Shown here: positions 21,164-32,044 of the stretch, piece after piece
Numbering within the stretch: the first letter of the stretch is position 1
How the letters are laid out: the number at the start of each line of letters is the position of its first letter
Source of the DNA: Proteromonas lacertae
Taxonomy: Eukaryota
Assembly (NCBI GenBank): GCA_002245135.1
Contig: NGBS01000011.1
Span: 124,001 to 170,212 of the forward strand
DNA: 46,212 bases
Direction: 5' to 3'
Position numbers and translations under genes: made by a program
The notes under the pieces: generated by a model
Database searches by the model: none
Told to the model about the DNA's origin: nothing
What the model saw: only the letters and a program-made list of their open reading frames with translations

Positions 21164-21718
21164 TACAGCTACTGCTTATATCTGAACCACCTCCTACATA
21201 GCCTTGCCTCATCAACTCAGGAGATCACCAGCAACTTTTAAGATCCAAATTCTAAAGAAAAAATTGAATAGAGATGAATCTGTAATCAACAGTTCACTAC
21301 GTAGTACAGTACCAGATACCCTAACACTGGAATGAGATCAACAGCAGGAGCTTAGGAAGCATTGAGTGACCCCTACTACAAGAAGCCTAGGAGTTGGAGG
21401 TGCATTCACAACTCTGATAAGGCCAAGAAAAATTGAACTGACCGGACTTAAGGACATCGTAAGGAAGGTTTAAAAATAGGGACATAGAAAATAGATCCTG
21501 GACTTAGTTGCTAAATTCCAATAGCTTATCTAAGTGATCAATATGTAGTAACCAGTTACAGACTATCTACTAATCATCATTCCTAGATATGAATAAGAAC
21601 TCATAGAAGTAAAGCTAATAAACAAGTGACTAATAACCATGAGATCAATATGTAGTAACCAGTCAATTATTACAGTCACTCAAGGCATTAAAATATTTCT
21701 AGTTATTTTTATACTTAA

Positions 21719-22507
21719 TTGGTAACCATGCAATCCATCGTCAAATGTAGTCGATGTAAGAAGGAGTTCCAATCTGAAGCTGATGGAAGAGCATACAGCT
21801 GTTGTAGTTCTTGTAGAGCTCTCTTACGAAAGGCAAAGCAGAAGACAATAGCCCGATGCCATGAGGAACGTAAAGCCTTGGAAGAGAACGGTGAACTCAT
21901 AGCCAAGACTATGTCCTGCAGTAGATGCCATATGCACTTCGCTTCATCGATGATGTTAAAGCCCAATGGAGACTACTATCGATGTTGTCCAAGATGTAGA
22001 TCTGGGAAACCTACTAAGAATCAACAACCAGGAATCTCCATCAACTCCAGTGATAAAACAAGGGATATAATTAATCAGCTTATGCAACACAGTATACATG
22101 AGATTCTTAAGACAATCAAGGACAACAATGATCTAATCGACCATGATGGGATGTTCGATAAGATTATTTCATTTCCATGTGATGCTGTTCACCTCAAAGA
22201 GAAGTCTTGCCAGGCCAAGATAGTTTTATCTATCAAAGATGGACATATCAACTTTCACGTAGATCCAAAGGTAAAGTCACTTCCGATGTGCTGTCTCTTG
22301 AGTCTGTATCATCGCTTAAGACAATATGAAGATCATCTCCGACTCAGGATAGAATCAATGAGGAGACAAAAACAGCTTAGTAATCCTCCGAAGAAGAGAC
22401 CGATAGCAACACCCTCACTACCATCGCTAGGTGCTTCAAGTGATCCTCCAGCAAAGCATCTAAAGCTAGCTTCTGAAGCAACTCCTTACCAGGCAAAGTC
22501 ATCATAA
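21719..22507 (+). CDS. Double Cys4 zinc-finger protein with C-terminal NLS-like motif (element A)
   Basis: CSRC..CCSSCR and CSRC..KPNGDYYRCCPRCR; PPKKRP. Likely ATG at 21728. Confidence 0.8.
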   Translation: MVTMQSIVKCSRCKKEFQSEADGRAYSCCSSCRALLRKAKQKTIARCHEERKALEENGELIAKTMSCSRCHMHFASSMMLKPNGDYYRCCPRCRSGKPTKNQQPGISINSSDKTRDIINQLMQHSIHEILKTIKDNNDLIDHDGMFDKIISFPCDAVHLKEKSCQAKIVLSIKDGHINFHVDPKVKSLPMCCLLSLYHRLRQYEDHLRLRIESMRRQKQLSNPPKKRPIATPSLPSLGASSDPPAKHLKLASEATPYQAKSS

Positions 22508-22514
22508 CTTCCAC

Positions 22515-22515
<1 letters not shown>

Positions 22516-22560
<45 letters not shown>
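22516..22560. repeat. (AGT)15 microsatellite
   Basis: Directly visible just after the Zn-finger stop codon. Confidence 0.97.
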
Positions 22561-22561
<1 letters not shown>

Positions 22562-23751
22562 AACGCATCTCCTGATAAGGAACGTGATTAACATTGTTGG
22601 TACTTAGTAAAATGTTACCATGGGTATGACCGAGGACAATAGAAATAATCAATTCAAGGAACCTTACGGAGATGAGCAACTCAAGGACATGGTAAGTAAT
22701 CAATTCAATAAACTAAAGGAGTCTTGGATAAGTTAATGATAGTAAGGACATCAACAACCCTGAGATAACATCCTTGGATCAATGACTCTGAAGATCATGA
22801 AGTAGTTGTAGGTACATAAAGAGTTACAATTGCAGACTATAGGAAGTGTGATCGATAATCCTTTACCTGAGTAGTCCTTACTTGTGATGCTAGGAATCAT
22901 TACTAGTAAGTAAGTAAGTAGACCAGAGATATCGTATACTCCTCAAGTAGCAACACTGGCATAGATGTCCAAGAGTCTATAAGCTATCGATCGTAAGGTG
23001 ATTATCAGTAGATAGGTAAAGACACTGACTTCAATAACAATACCGAGACTAGTAGTGATCAGACTGAAGGCTAGTAAATTACCGAGGATCAACAACTTCG
23101 ATGAACTAGAACTAGAAGGAATTGTCACTTGAGGGGTTACCATCAGTTCAAGAGATAGGTATCGGTAAAGATCACAAGTAGTTCTTCAAGAGATGTTAAG
23201 GATGAGATCAACTCTAACTTCAGCAGTCAGTCTCAAGGTACTTACCATAGCAGTGATCATAGACTGCTAGAACCAAGAGTGAAGACAAAGTACTTCATAG
23301 GTAATGCCTGCCACGTTCGAGAAGTCCAAGAAGGTAAAGGAGCATCTGGAATAGAGACGATTAGTAGATCCTTGGAAGTCAAAGCTGCAAGTGAAGTCTA
23401 TAGAGAGTAGTTGAACTTCAAAGGAGGCTTCTGACCATCGTATAAGTCTTATCGGAATAGAAGCATTGTAAGTTAAGATGGTAGATGATGATCGAGACTA
23501 TGAAGTGCACAGCATAGAGATCACGCAACTCATTACAAAGACCGATAAAGTCATCTACATCCATCAGCTAGTAATCGTAAGGAGTTGAAGTTCATCGTGT
23601 GGATAGAGTAAGCAAGGTACTTCTCGGGAGGTAGGCAAAGCTGTTGAAGGCCAGGACATGCTATGATATAAAAGATACCTGAGAAGTCATCTAAGTAAAG
23701 TAGCTCCTGGATCTATAAGTAAAGTTCTGATCTGGAATCATTACCTAGGCA

Positions 23752-26211
23752 ATGTTCAACGCCGGGAACAACTCACGTGAGAACGATGAGGAGATGTTAA
23801 GGTTGCTTAATACTATTGACAAGACTACTTACGATGTGAAGCAAAAGATAGATGGGAAGGTCGTTGTTAAGTATGATAAGGACGTGTTGTTCCAAGACTC
23901 CCAGGAAGTGATTCAAAAAGCCTTGGGTTCTGGTGAACTCAAGGCCGTGATAGACTATGATAAGATCAATCCTCCATTGGTAAGCACTATCCAAGAAGTC
24001 CTCCGAGGAACACTAGTCAGTATCAATCAGAAGCAACAAGAAGAAGTAACCTCATCCACAACAGCTATCAAGAGAAAGTTAGATGATCACTCGGAGGAGT
24101 CATCTACGAAGTTGGCTAAGCTAGAAACTGATCATCAACAACTCCATGAGTATCTTCAAAGCACCTTACAACCAGATCATAAAGCTATTCAATCGACCTT
24201 AAAGGAAGTGCTAGATGAGACTGATAAGATTGAAGGTATCGATCAGAAGCTCCAGGAAGTCAAGAACCTAGGTACTTTGCTTAACAACAAGATCCCTAAA
24301 GACTTCGGAGATACGACTATTACAACCTTGAGCAATATCATTACTTGTGGCAATGAACTTAAGCAGTACACGGAGAAGCAATTACCAGAGTTGTATAAGA
24401 GCATGGAGGATGTAAGCAATGCCCTTGAATCCACCAACACTTCAATCGATCAATTGAAGGGATCAGAGGATGAGAAATTGGATCGTCTAAGTACCTTGTT
24501 GAAGTCATTATGCGAGAGTCTCAATATCGGGGATGTTAACGTCTACGATATGATCAAGTACATCACTACGGTGGATGATAAGAGCCTTACGAAGCTCACT
24601 GACTTAGAGAAGCAGATCAAAGTAACCTCCGAGGAGTTGATCAAGATGAAGAACAACTACGAGGAGTACAAGGCAATCAATACTGTGATCAACAATAACA
24701 TGATTAAGTTCAAGGAGGTCTTACAAGAGATTGAGATTGCCAATGGTTACAACAAGGACTTCAAGAACCAGATGAATGCTATGGAGGAAGAGATCGCCGG
24801 GTTGAATGGAGAAGCTGACAAGACGAATACCTTCTGTACTGCGGAGAGAGCTACCGCTATTGACAAGACCAAGGATATTGTAAGTAAGATAGATATCGAT
24901 AATATCAACCAGTATTGTAGTAGCTCACAGAAGGAGAAGATTGATAAAGTCCATGAGCTGATCACCGGCATAGCCATCGAAGACATTAACAACTACTGCT
25001 CCTTGGAGAGACTTACCATTGTCAAGAGTATTGAGGAACTGATCAAAGGATTCATTACCGATAAGAGAACTAAGGAGCTCGACGATGCCGACATTACAAT
25101 CAAGGAGTTTTGTACTATCCCGAGAAGTGCTGCTATCGATGAGACTAACACTGCTGTGAAGCACTTCTGTACTTCGGATCGATCGGAGAAGATAGATAAG
25201 TGTTATGAGCGTGTCCATGACCTCAACAAGGAGAGTATTAACCAGTTCTGTACTGAAGGCCGAGGTAACTTCATTGATATAACAAAGGCCAGCACCGATG
25301 CAATCAAGATCAAGGTGGATTCTCTAAGCATCAACGATGTGAATGCCTCCTGTGGCGTGGCTAGAAGGACTGAAGAAGACAACCTCCGAAGGAACTTGGA
25401 TGGCTTCTTTAACAACACTCGTAAAGGACTGATCGATACAGCTATCAACAATGCAGCTGCTATCAGAACCAAGATCGATGGATTCAATACTGGGAATGTC
25501 AATAGCTTCTGTTCACCAGCTCAATTAACCAAGGTCAATGAAGTACATTCAAAGATAGGAGATTGCCAGACAAGAGTCATTGAAGTCCAAGGCAAAGTCA
25601 ACAACCTCAACAACCTGGCTGTGACTCAAGTAAATAACTTTACCAGTGCAGCTCAATTAAGTAAGATCAACTCAGTCGATAGCAATGTCCAGGATGTCCA
25701 GAAGAAGTTGACCGAGTTGAAGACATCAGTAGAAAGTTTGGCTTCTCAAGGAGATGGATCATCGGAGATCAAGACCGTACTTAACCAGATGAGTAACACC
25801 TTGTCTTCGATATTGAACATGACAGCAGCTAGCATGGACTCTCCTCTGGTGGCAGTTCCCATAAGCTTCTATAGTACAGTAAGACCTGATTGTATATTTG
25901 AATGTTTACTTAAGGCTTACGTCAATCGTGTAGAGCTGGAGTTCATATCAAGCAGCGGATGGATCGGGAAAGTGTGGGTGAAGGATGTGAATGCAAAGGG
26001 CTTTGCTAAGTTCAAGGAGTGGTTCCATCTTGATAAGAAGATAAGTCACTGGGTTGTTCCCAATCCTAGCGATCCTAACGTGACTGATTATGACAGACAC
26101 TTCCTTGAATTCATCCCCGCCGACAATTCAATTCATTGTGAATTCGGTATGATGCCAGGTAATGGAACAAGAGCAATCTGTATAGATGCTAACTTCAATG
26201 GTCCTCAATAG
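23752..26211 (+). CDS. 819-aa coiled-coil repeat protein with a small beta-rich C-terminal domain (fibre-like; element A)
   Basis: Intact ORF. Long heptad-like region and ~10 repeats of [IV]NxFC[TS]xxRxxxID, ending in an aromatic/beta-rich ~120 aa tail. Confidence 0.8.
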   Translation: MFNAGNNSRENDEEMLRLLNTIDKTTYDVKQKIDGKVVVKYDKDVLFQDSQEVIQKALGSGELKAVIDYDKINPPLVSTIQEVLRGTLVSINQKQQEEVTSSTTAIKRKLDDHSEESSTKLAKLETDHQQLHEYLQSTLQPDHKAIQSTLKEVLDETDKIEGIDQKLQEVKNLGTLLNNKIPKDFGDTTITTLSNIITCGNELKQYTEKQLPELYKSMEDVSNALESTNTSIDQLKGSEDEKLDRLSTLLKSLCESLNIGDVNVYDMIKYITTVDDKSLTKLTDLEKQIKVTSEELIKMKNNYEEYKAINTVINNNMIKFKEVLQEIEIANGYNKDFKNQMNAMEEEIAGLNGEADKTNTFCTAERATAIDKTKDIVSKIDIDNINQYCSSSQKEKIDKVHELITGIAIEDINNYCSLERLTIVKSIEELIKGFITDKRTKELDDADITIKEFCTIPRSAAIDETNTAVKHFCTSDRSEKIDKCYERVHDLNKESINQFCTEGRGNFIDITKASTDAIKIKVDSLSINDVNASCGVARRTEEDNLRRNLDGFFNNTRKGLIDTAINNAAAIRTKIDGFNTGNVNSFCSPAQLTKVNEVHSKIGDCQTRVIEVQGKVNNLNNLAVTQVNNFTSAAQLSKINSVDSNVQDVQKKLTELKTSVESLASQGDGSSEIKTVLNQMSNTLSSILNMTAASMDSPLVAVPISFYSTVRPDCIFECLLKAYVNRVELEFISSSGWIGKVWVKDVNAKGFAKFKEWFHLDKKISHWVVPNPSDPNVTDYDRHFLEFIPADNSIHCEFGMMPGNGTRAICIDANFNGPQ

Positions 26212-26698
26212 TCGATGTGTGTTGGGTGAACTATCGGAGGATAACTATAAGCAGTGACCACCTTCGGAGCTGCCCAACCATGCTGCAAATAGATTACCTT
26301 GCTTTGTTGGGCAGCAATAACTCCAAGAGATTCAACAACCCTGGATGATGATCAAATGAAAGTACCTTCTCAATGATCCTGGTAATGAAGAAATCAGTTC
26401 TTCTTCCAGGTATGGACAAGAACGTCTACGATGGAACCTTCCTTACCAAGTCCGATATTGCTCCGCAACATCGTCCTTGGTAAGGAAGCTTCCTCTGAGA
26501 CATTCTTACCCATACTCCGAAAGAGATCACTGCTTCTTCATTACCATCACCTTGTGGTAACCTACACTTCTAGATAGCTTCCAGGAGTCCCCGTAGGAGA
26601 TCGTCTCATAGGTAGGTATAAGTAGGTATAGAAATAGCTTCCAAGAGTCTCCGTAGGGAAGTAGACTCCGTTAGGAGGAATCCCGTAGGAACCTTACG

Positions 26699-26893
26699 TA
26701 AATGGGACCCTGGGACATTGTCACAGAGTTCTAACGAGTGTTCTAGGAGTCCGTCCCCTTCTAGATTCAGAGTTGACCTTTACGGGAGCTTCATCGATGC
26801 AAGGCCCCGTAAAAGTCAACTCTGAATCTAGAAGGGGACGGACTCCTAGAACACTCGCTAGAACTCTGTGACAATGTCCCAGGGTCCCATTTA
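26699..26893. repeat. 195-nt imperfect palindrome (right terminal hairpin of A)
   Basis: Inverted copy of 19651-19845 with a better-paired outer arm. Confidence 0.97.
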
Positions 26894-26939
26894 TATACTA
26901 TATACTCTGGTTGGTCATTTTTTGCCAGTAACACCTTTA

Positions 26940-29900
26940 TCCACTCTCTTTTAAAGTTCTTCTTTCTATTCCGAAATTCACTGGTAAATTACCTATGTTA
27001 GTTATTGTAAATGTCTTCGTCTTGCAATCAATTCGAACTACATTACCAAAATCTACTACAACCTAAATGTAAATTAGATATTTTCTTATTCGCCATTTTT
27101 GTTGTTTTGCCTGTTTTATTACTGATATTTGTTAAACCAGTTTCAGGTGTTTTTGTGGTTTTATCAACTACTCCTTCACTTTTTGAACCATTTATTGATG
27201 TTCCATTTAATTCTTTCTCTTTTCGAGGTAAACATAAATTAGCAGGATTTTGATAGTTTATTTCATCTAATAATAAATCAATATAATATAATCTTAATGC
27301 TTCAGATTCTCTATCAACTGTGATTTGTAATCCTGTTGTATTCTTTCCTGAAGGTAATTTGTTCGTATTTGTTCGTATTTATCATTCTGTTGTGAATTCT
27401 TACTTCTGACAGAAACTGATTTTTGACTATTTACTCTTGCAGTATATTGTTTCTTGTTTTCATCTTTTTCTTTTTCTTTAGATTTTTCTTCTTCTGCATT
27501 TGTATTTGCTATTGTTGGTTCTTCACTATGTGGTGCTAATTCTCCTTCAATTTTTGGTTCTGGTGGTAATTCTTTTAACCATGTGTTGGTGAATTAACTG
27601 GAACTCCATCTACAATTATTGGCTTTTCAGCTTCAACTGGTTTTTCTTTTTCTTCTTCTGTTGATGGTTGTTCTGGCTGTTGTTGTTGTCTTGCTTCTTC
27701 TCCTTCAGTATTTATAATAGTGTTATTATTACTTTCATCTATTGAAGATTCCACTACTTCAGGTAAAGATGGTTGTTGTTTGATTGGTGATGGTAAAGCT
27801 GGAATGATAATGGATGTTCTGTATTGGATAATTCAATCAATCTATCAGCTTCTTCCAAGTAATGTTCCCAATTATCTGGTATTACCAATTCAGCATCATT
27901 CACTTTGATATTTGCATAAATACCTGTTATATAAAGTGGAAAATCTATTGGAACATAATGAGCTATTTCTATTACTAATTTCTCTATTACTGAATCTGGA
28001 ATTCCTACTCCCATCTTAACAGAGATTCTTTGTTGATCATGAGATGGAATTAATCCATTACATGGTGAAACACCAACTAAACCAGGTCGAGATACACTAT
28101 CAGTTGAGATTTTAAATGGAAAATCTACTGAACCTGTATTAAATATATGAAAATCTCTTTCTTCTACTTTCATATAAGGAATTCTACCAAAATCAATATT
28201 CTGTTTATCCAATCTATAAGATACTACAGAACTTTCACCTTTCATTTTGATATTATAAACTGGTCCTCCATCTACATAACATTTACCCAATGCTCTTGAT
28301 AATACATGTAGTATTCCAGAATATCTCAATTCCATTTCTTCACATTCACCTATTTATAAAATACCTTGAATTGGAGTGATTTCAAATACTTCATTGATTG
28401 GAGATGTTTGATTTTCAGTTTCATCTATTTCTAATTCCCAATGATAAGGACAAGGAATTGTTCGACGATTTTCAGTTCAAAATCAAAATCATTTTTAGAT
28501 AACCATAAATTGGGAAAGGCAACATCAGCTGCACATGGAATTGAATCTTTCTGAGGATGATCTTCATATCTTATATTCAATATTCCATTTATTTTACATG
28601 AGATTTTATCATCTTTATAATTTGGATCAAATTCCACTGTCACATTCATTGATTCATTTGGTTCTAAATGGAATTCATTCATACTCAATAATAATGGAGC
28701 TGCTATACTTATTATCACATCTAAACTCAATGTTGATATATTCTTAAATACAACTGTCTTACTTTGAACTTCGATTTTCTCTTCAGAACATTGAATTAAT
28801 GGATTCATAAAGTTCACTTTTACTTCGGTTTCTTTTGCTTCATTATTTCTTATTTCTCCATCAAATTTCCTCAAACAAGAAAACATTTTCATCACTTCAC
28901 AGGGTTTTTCACAACTTCCAGATGTTACAAAATTACAAGCAGTATTGGGTTTTAATTCGATTGCATTGGGAGTTATAGTAAATATAGCTTCATAAGGTTT
29001 GAATTCATTTCACTTTCCATCTTTGATTTATTGGCTTTAAAAGATTTTTCTTTTTCTGCTGCAGTTTGATTTATCCAAGTTAATCTTTGACTTCTTAAAC
29101 CTCGGTTTTCTAATAAAAATACTCTTTCGATTGTTCTGTTTGTGAATTGATCACCAAAATCAATTACATCTACTGGATCTTCTCAAAATATTGTTGTTAT
29201 TATACATTTAGCTGTAACTGGAAGAATTTCACTATCTCCTTCAGTTGCTGCTATGTATATTGTATCTTTATAAGCTGATACATCTTCCAACATACAACTA
29301 ACTACTATCTTTTGAGATTCTTTACTTTGTAATATACCATCAACTATATCAGTATTAAAATAAAATCCTCGTTCAAAATCTAATTTATAAAAAGCTGGAA
29401 TTGAAGTTGGATTAGTTATTGTAAATTCTTTTGTATGAGTATCTAAACAAGTTATATCACCAAATTTTATATGATTTAAATTTGACTTTATCACTGGTCC
29501 AAGTCCATTTGCTTCTAATACTAATACCAATGGAGGATATTGACTGCCAATTATTTGAATATATAATGGAATTCTCAAATCACCTAATTTCTCAGGATTT
29601 AATTAAACTTGAATCATTTGAGTTGCCATTGGTCCAATTACACCTTTAGCTGGATCAGGGAAATAACTACCAATCGATTTACTTCTTTCATCTTGTTCTG
29701 TTTTCAAATTGAGCACTTAAATTGGATTTATTCTTTAATGTTAAAGTTCGATAATAAGTATATCTTAAATAACAATCTCCATATTTCAATGATTCTTCTA
29801 ATAATTCTACTTCAGCTACTCGACATTCAGCACTTATTGGAATTGTTAATAAAGCTTCACCTACACTTTCAATATCAATTGCTAAACAATAATCATATAC

Positions 29901-30390
29901 TTTTATTGTTTGAGATATGAAATTGACTTTGATTTTCTCTTCTCCTTCAGGTAATATTGTTGCTACTGCTTGAATTATTTCGAATTCTTTGTTTAAGTAA
30001 TTACCATCTTGAGGAACTCGTAAATTGAATATAAATGGAACAGAGGAAGTATTTCTTAATATCAAATCAGTTGAGTTTAAAAACGCATAACTTACAATAC
30101 CAAAATCTAGTTTATTCTTATTAAAGAAGAATGTTGGACCAACTACATGCCCTTTTATTGTTAATACCACATTATTAGTTGCTCCTTTTAATGCAAATTC
30201 AAAATGATCACTAAATTCACCAAGAGTTGAACTTGTATAAGATACTTCGATTGTTACACTTTCTTCTATATCTAATTCACCTTGGTGGAGTAAATATTAC
30301 ATTTGGTTTAATTGATCCTTCATTGGTAAGTGATACTTCATATCGATGTGTTGAATTAATAAATATATCACCAATATCTAATACATCATA
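26940..30390 (-). pseudogene. HYDIN: Hydin-like fragment (more N-terminal portion), multiply frameshifted, inside the Ginger TIRs
   Basis: YDVLDIGDIF; KGHVVGPTFFF..LDFGIVSYAF..NTSSVPFIFNLRVPQDG; CYVDGGPVY..GESS..IDFGRIPY; VVDFGNVVRIDCKTKTFTITNIGNLPVNF. Confidence 0.85.
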
Positions 30391-30433
30391 AAATGTTTGA
30401 GAGGTTTGAATTGATTTTTACTAAATTGACTTT

Positions 30434-30499
<66 letters not shown>

Positions 30500-30500
<1 letters not shown>

Positions 30501-31335
30501 AGTGATTTTACTTTTACTTAAGATAATTTTCGAAAAACTTAAGCAAGCCTTCGAGTTATTTTCAAAATACTTAAGTGTGAAACCGACATTTTCTAAAAAC
30601 TTGAGATTTATTGCGAAATACTTGAGCTTTTTTCAAGCTCTCTTTTAAAGTGAGATATTTCATTTTAAGTATAATAAACCTATAACAGTTTATATTTTAT
30701 TTATGATATTGTAGATATTATAACTGAGAATTGTAGAGGTTATAGTAACTAATAGTAGTAAATTAGGTTGAAATACCGATCTTCTTGGTATAATACTTTC
30801 AAATCCTATTCTGCTGAAGATTATATTTAATTATATGATATTATTGTAGTTATAAATCTGTCATTTACATTTATACTGTTTTTTGTGGAATTATTACTCA
30901 GATTATCATAAGAATGTGTTTACTATCTTTTTTTAATAATAATATGTGGAAATGAAAGCATATATAGTAATTATAGAAGTATTGATATAATGTGTAATTT
31001 ATATGTGTTGTAGTTGTTATTAATATCAGAATTAAGTAGTGTTAATTGCATGTGTATAACAAGCGTTTTAATTGTATGTATAGTCATATCAGCAGTAATT
31101 ATACATTATATATTGTTAAAAGATGAATTGGTTATTGTTTGTATTATGTATTGTGTTTTTATTATACTTAAAATGAAATATCTCACTTTAAAAGAGAGCT
31201 TGAAAAAAGCTCAAGTATTTCGCAATAAATCTCAAGTTTTTAGAAAATGTCGGTTTCACACTTAAGTATTTTGAAAATAACTCGAAGGCTTGCTTAAGTT
31301 TTTCGAAAATTATCTTAAGTAAAAGTAAAATCACT

Positions 31336-31336
<1 letters not shown>
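30500..31336. mobile_element. Tc1/mariner-type MITE (837 bp, 179-bp TIRs, TA TSD) inserted in a (TAA)n microsatellite
   Basis: ta|CAGTGATTTTACTTTTAC.. (30500-30678) and ..GTAAAAGTAAAATCACTG|ta (31158-31336). (TAA)n on both sides (30435-30499, 31337-31370). No transposase. Confidence 0.93.
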
Positions 31337-31371
<35 letters not shown>

Positions 31372-32044
31372 TATATATATATAAATATATAGTACTTACA
31401 TTTTGATTTTCTGAAATTAAAAAAAACTGTCAAGTTTGACAAGCTTGATTTTTCTTTTTTGAAATATCTTCTTATCTTGATAGAATTTTATAACATTCTT
31501 CAAAGTGTCTGCTGAAATTCATTTTTTCTCTTTGACTGAATCAAAAAAACATACAAACAAAAAAGTTGAAGAAAATGAAATTTTAAATTAAAAATGACGT
31601 CAGAAGGGGTATAATTCTTAATTCCTGTGTAACTGACACTTCTCATTTAGACATTATATGTCAATAAAAACATAAAATTTGGAATATACATAATTTCTAG
31701 AATATATTTTGATAGTTTTTATTCAATATTATGACAATTAATAGTTACTCATAGATGTAGGTTATATGACAAAGTAAGTATAAAAGTAACAATTTTTCAT
31801 TAAAAGAAGTGTAATTGTGTATTTAGTTTGTTTTGAAAGTGTCTGGTAGACAAACGGCCAACTATGACAAACGGCGCACAACATATGGGTTTATACTTTA
31901 GCAAGTTGAAGTGGTTTAGCTTTTGCAGACATATACAAAGTTTGTATTTCAGAATAAAGTAAAAAGAATTTTAGAAGATCAAATAATAATGAGGCATTTC
32001 TACTCAAAAGGATAACAAGATAATCTCGACTATATTAATTTTGG

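Larger units (their letters stand above)
19640..26904. mobile_element. Element A: 7265-bp non-autonomous element with ~330-350 bp TIRs containing 195-nt hairpins; 6-bp TSD CTCTGG
   Basis: ctctgg|TATATAGTATATAAATGGGAC...GTCCCATTTATATACTATATA|ctctgg (TSD 19634-19639 and 26905-26910). Removing it restores the integrase frame (..KNDQPEKVVKPK..). Visibly more GC-rich than its flanks. Confidence 0.95.
15742..31883 (-). mobile_element. Ginger/TDD-type DNA transposon (integrase + Ulp1) with nested insertions
   Basis: TIRs TGTTGTGCGCCGTTTGTCA.. (15742-~15838) and ..TGACAAACGGCGCACAACA (~31787-31883) are near-identical over ~97 bp, with TGT..ACA termini. Flanks gatgg / tatgg may be a 5-bp TSD with 1 mismatch. 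Confidence 0.85.

Noticed and set aside
22516..22560. (AGT)n as a Polinton terminus
   Set aside because: It is internal to element A, with no matching (ACT)n end, TIR or TSD; the antisense poly-Leu ORF 22377-22703 is an artefact of it.
23797..25502. Short minus-strand ORFs within the 819-aa gene, and similar shadow ORFs (11-232, 10673-10984, 18584-19393, 41704-41922)
   Set aside because: Antisense shadows of well-supported genes, with no independent motifs.
31014..31442. ORFs 31014-31265 and 31188-31442
   Set aside because: They run through MITE TIR and microsatellite sequence; low-complexity and not transposase-like.
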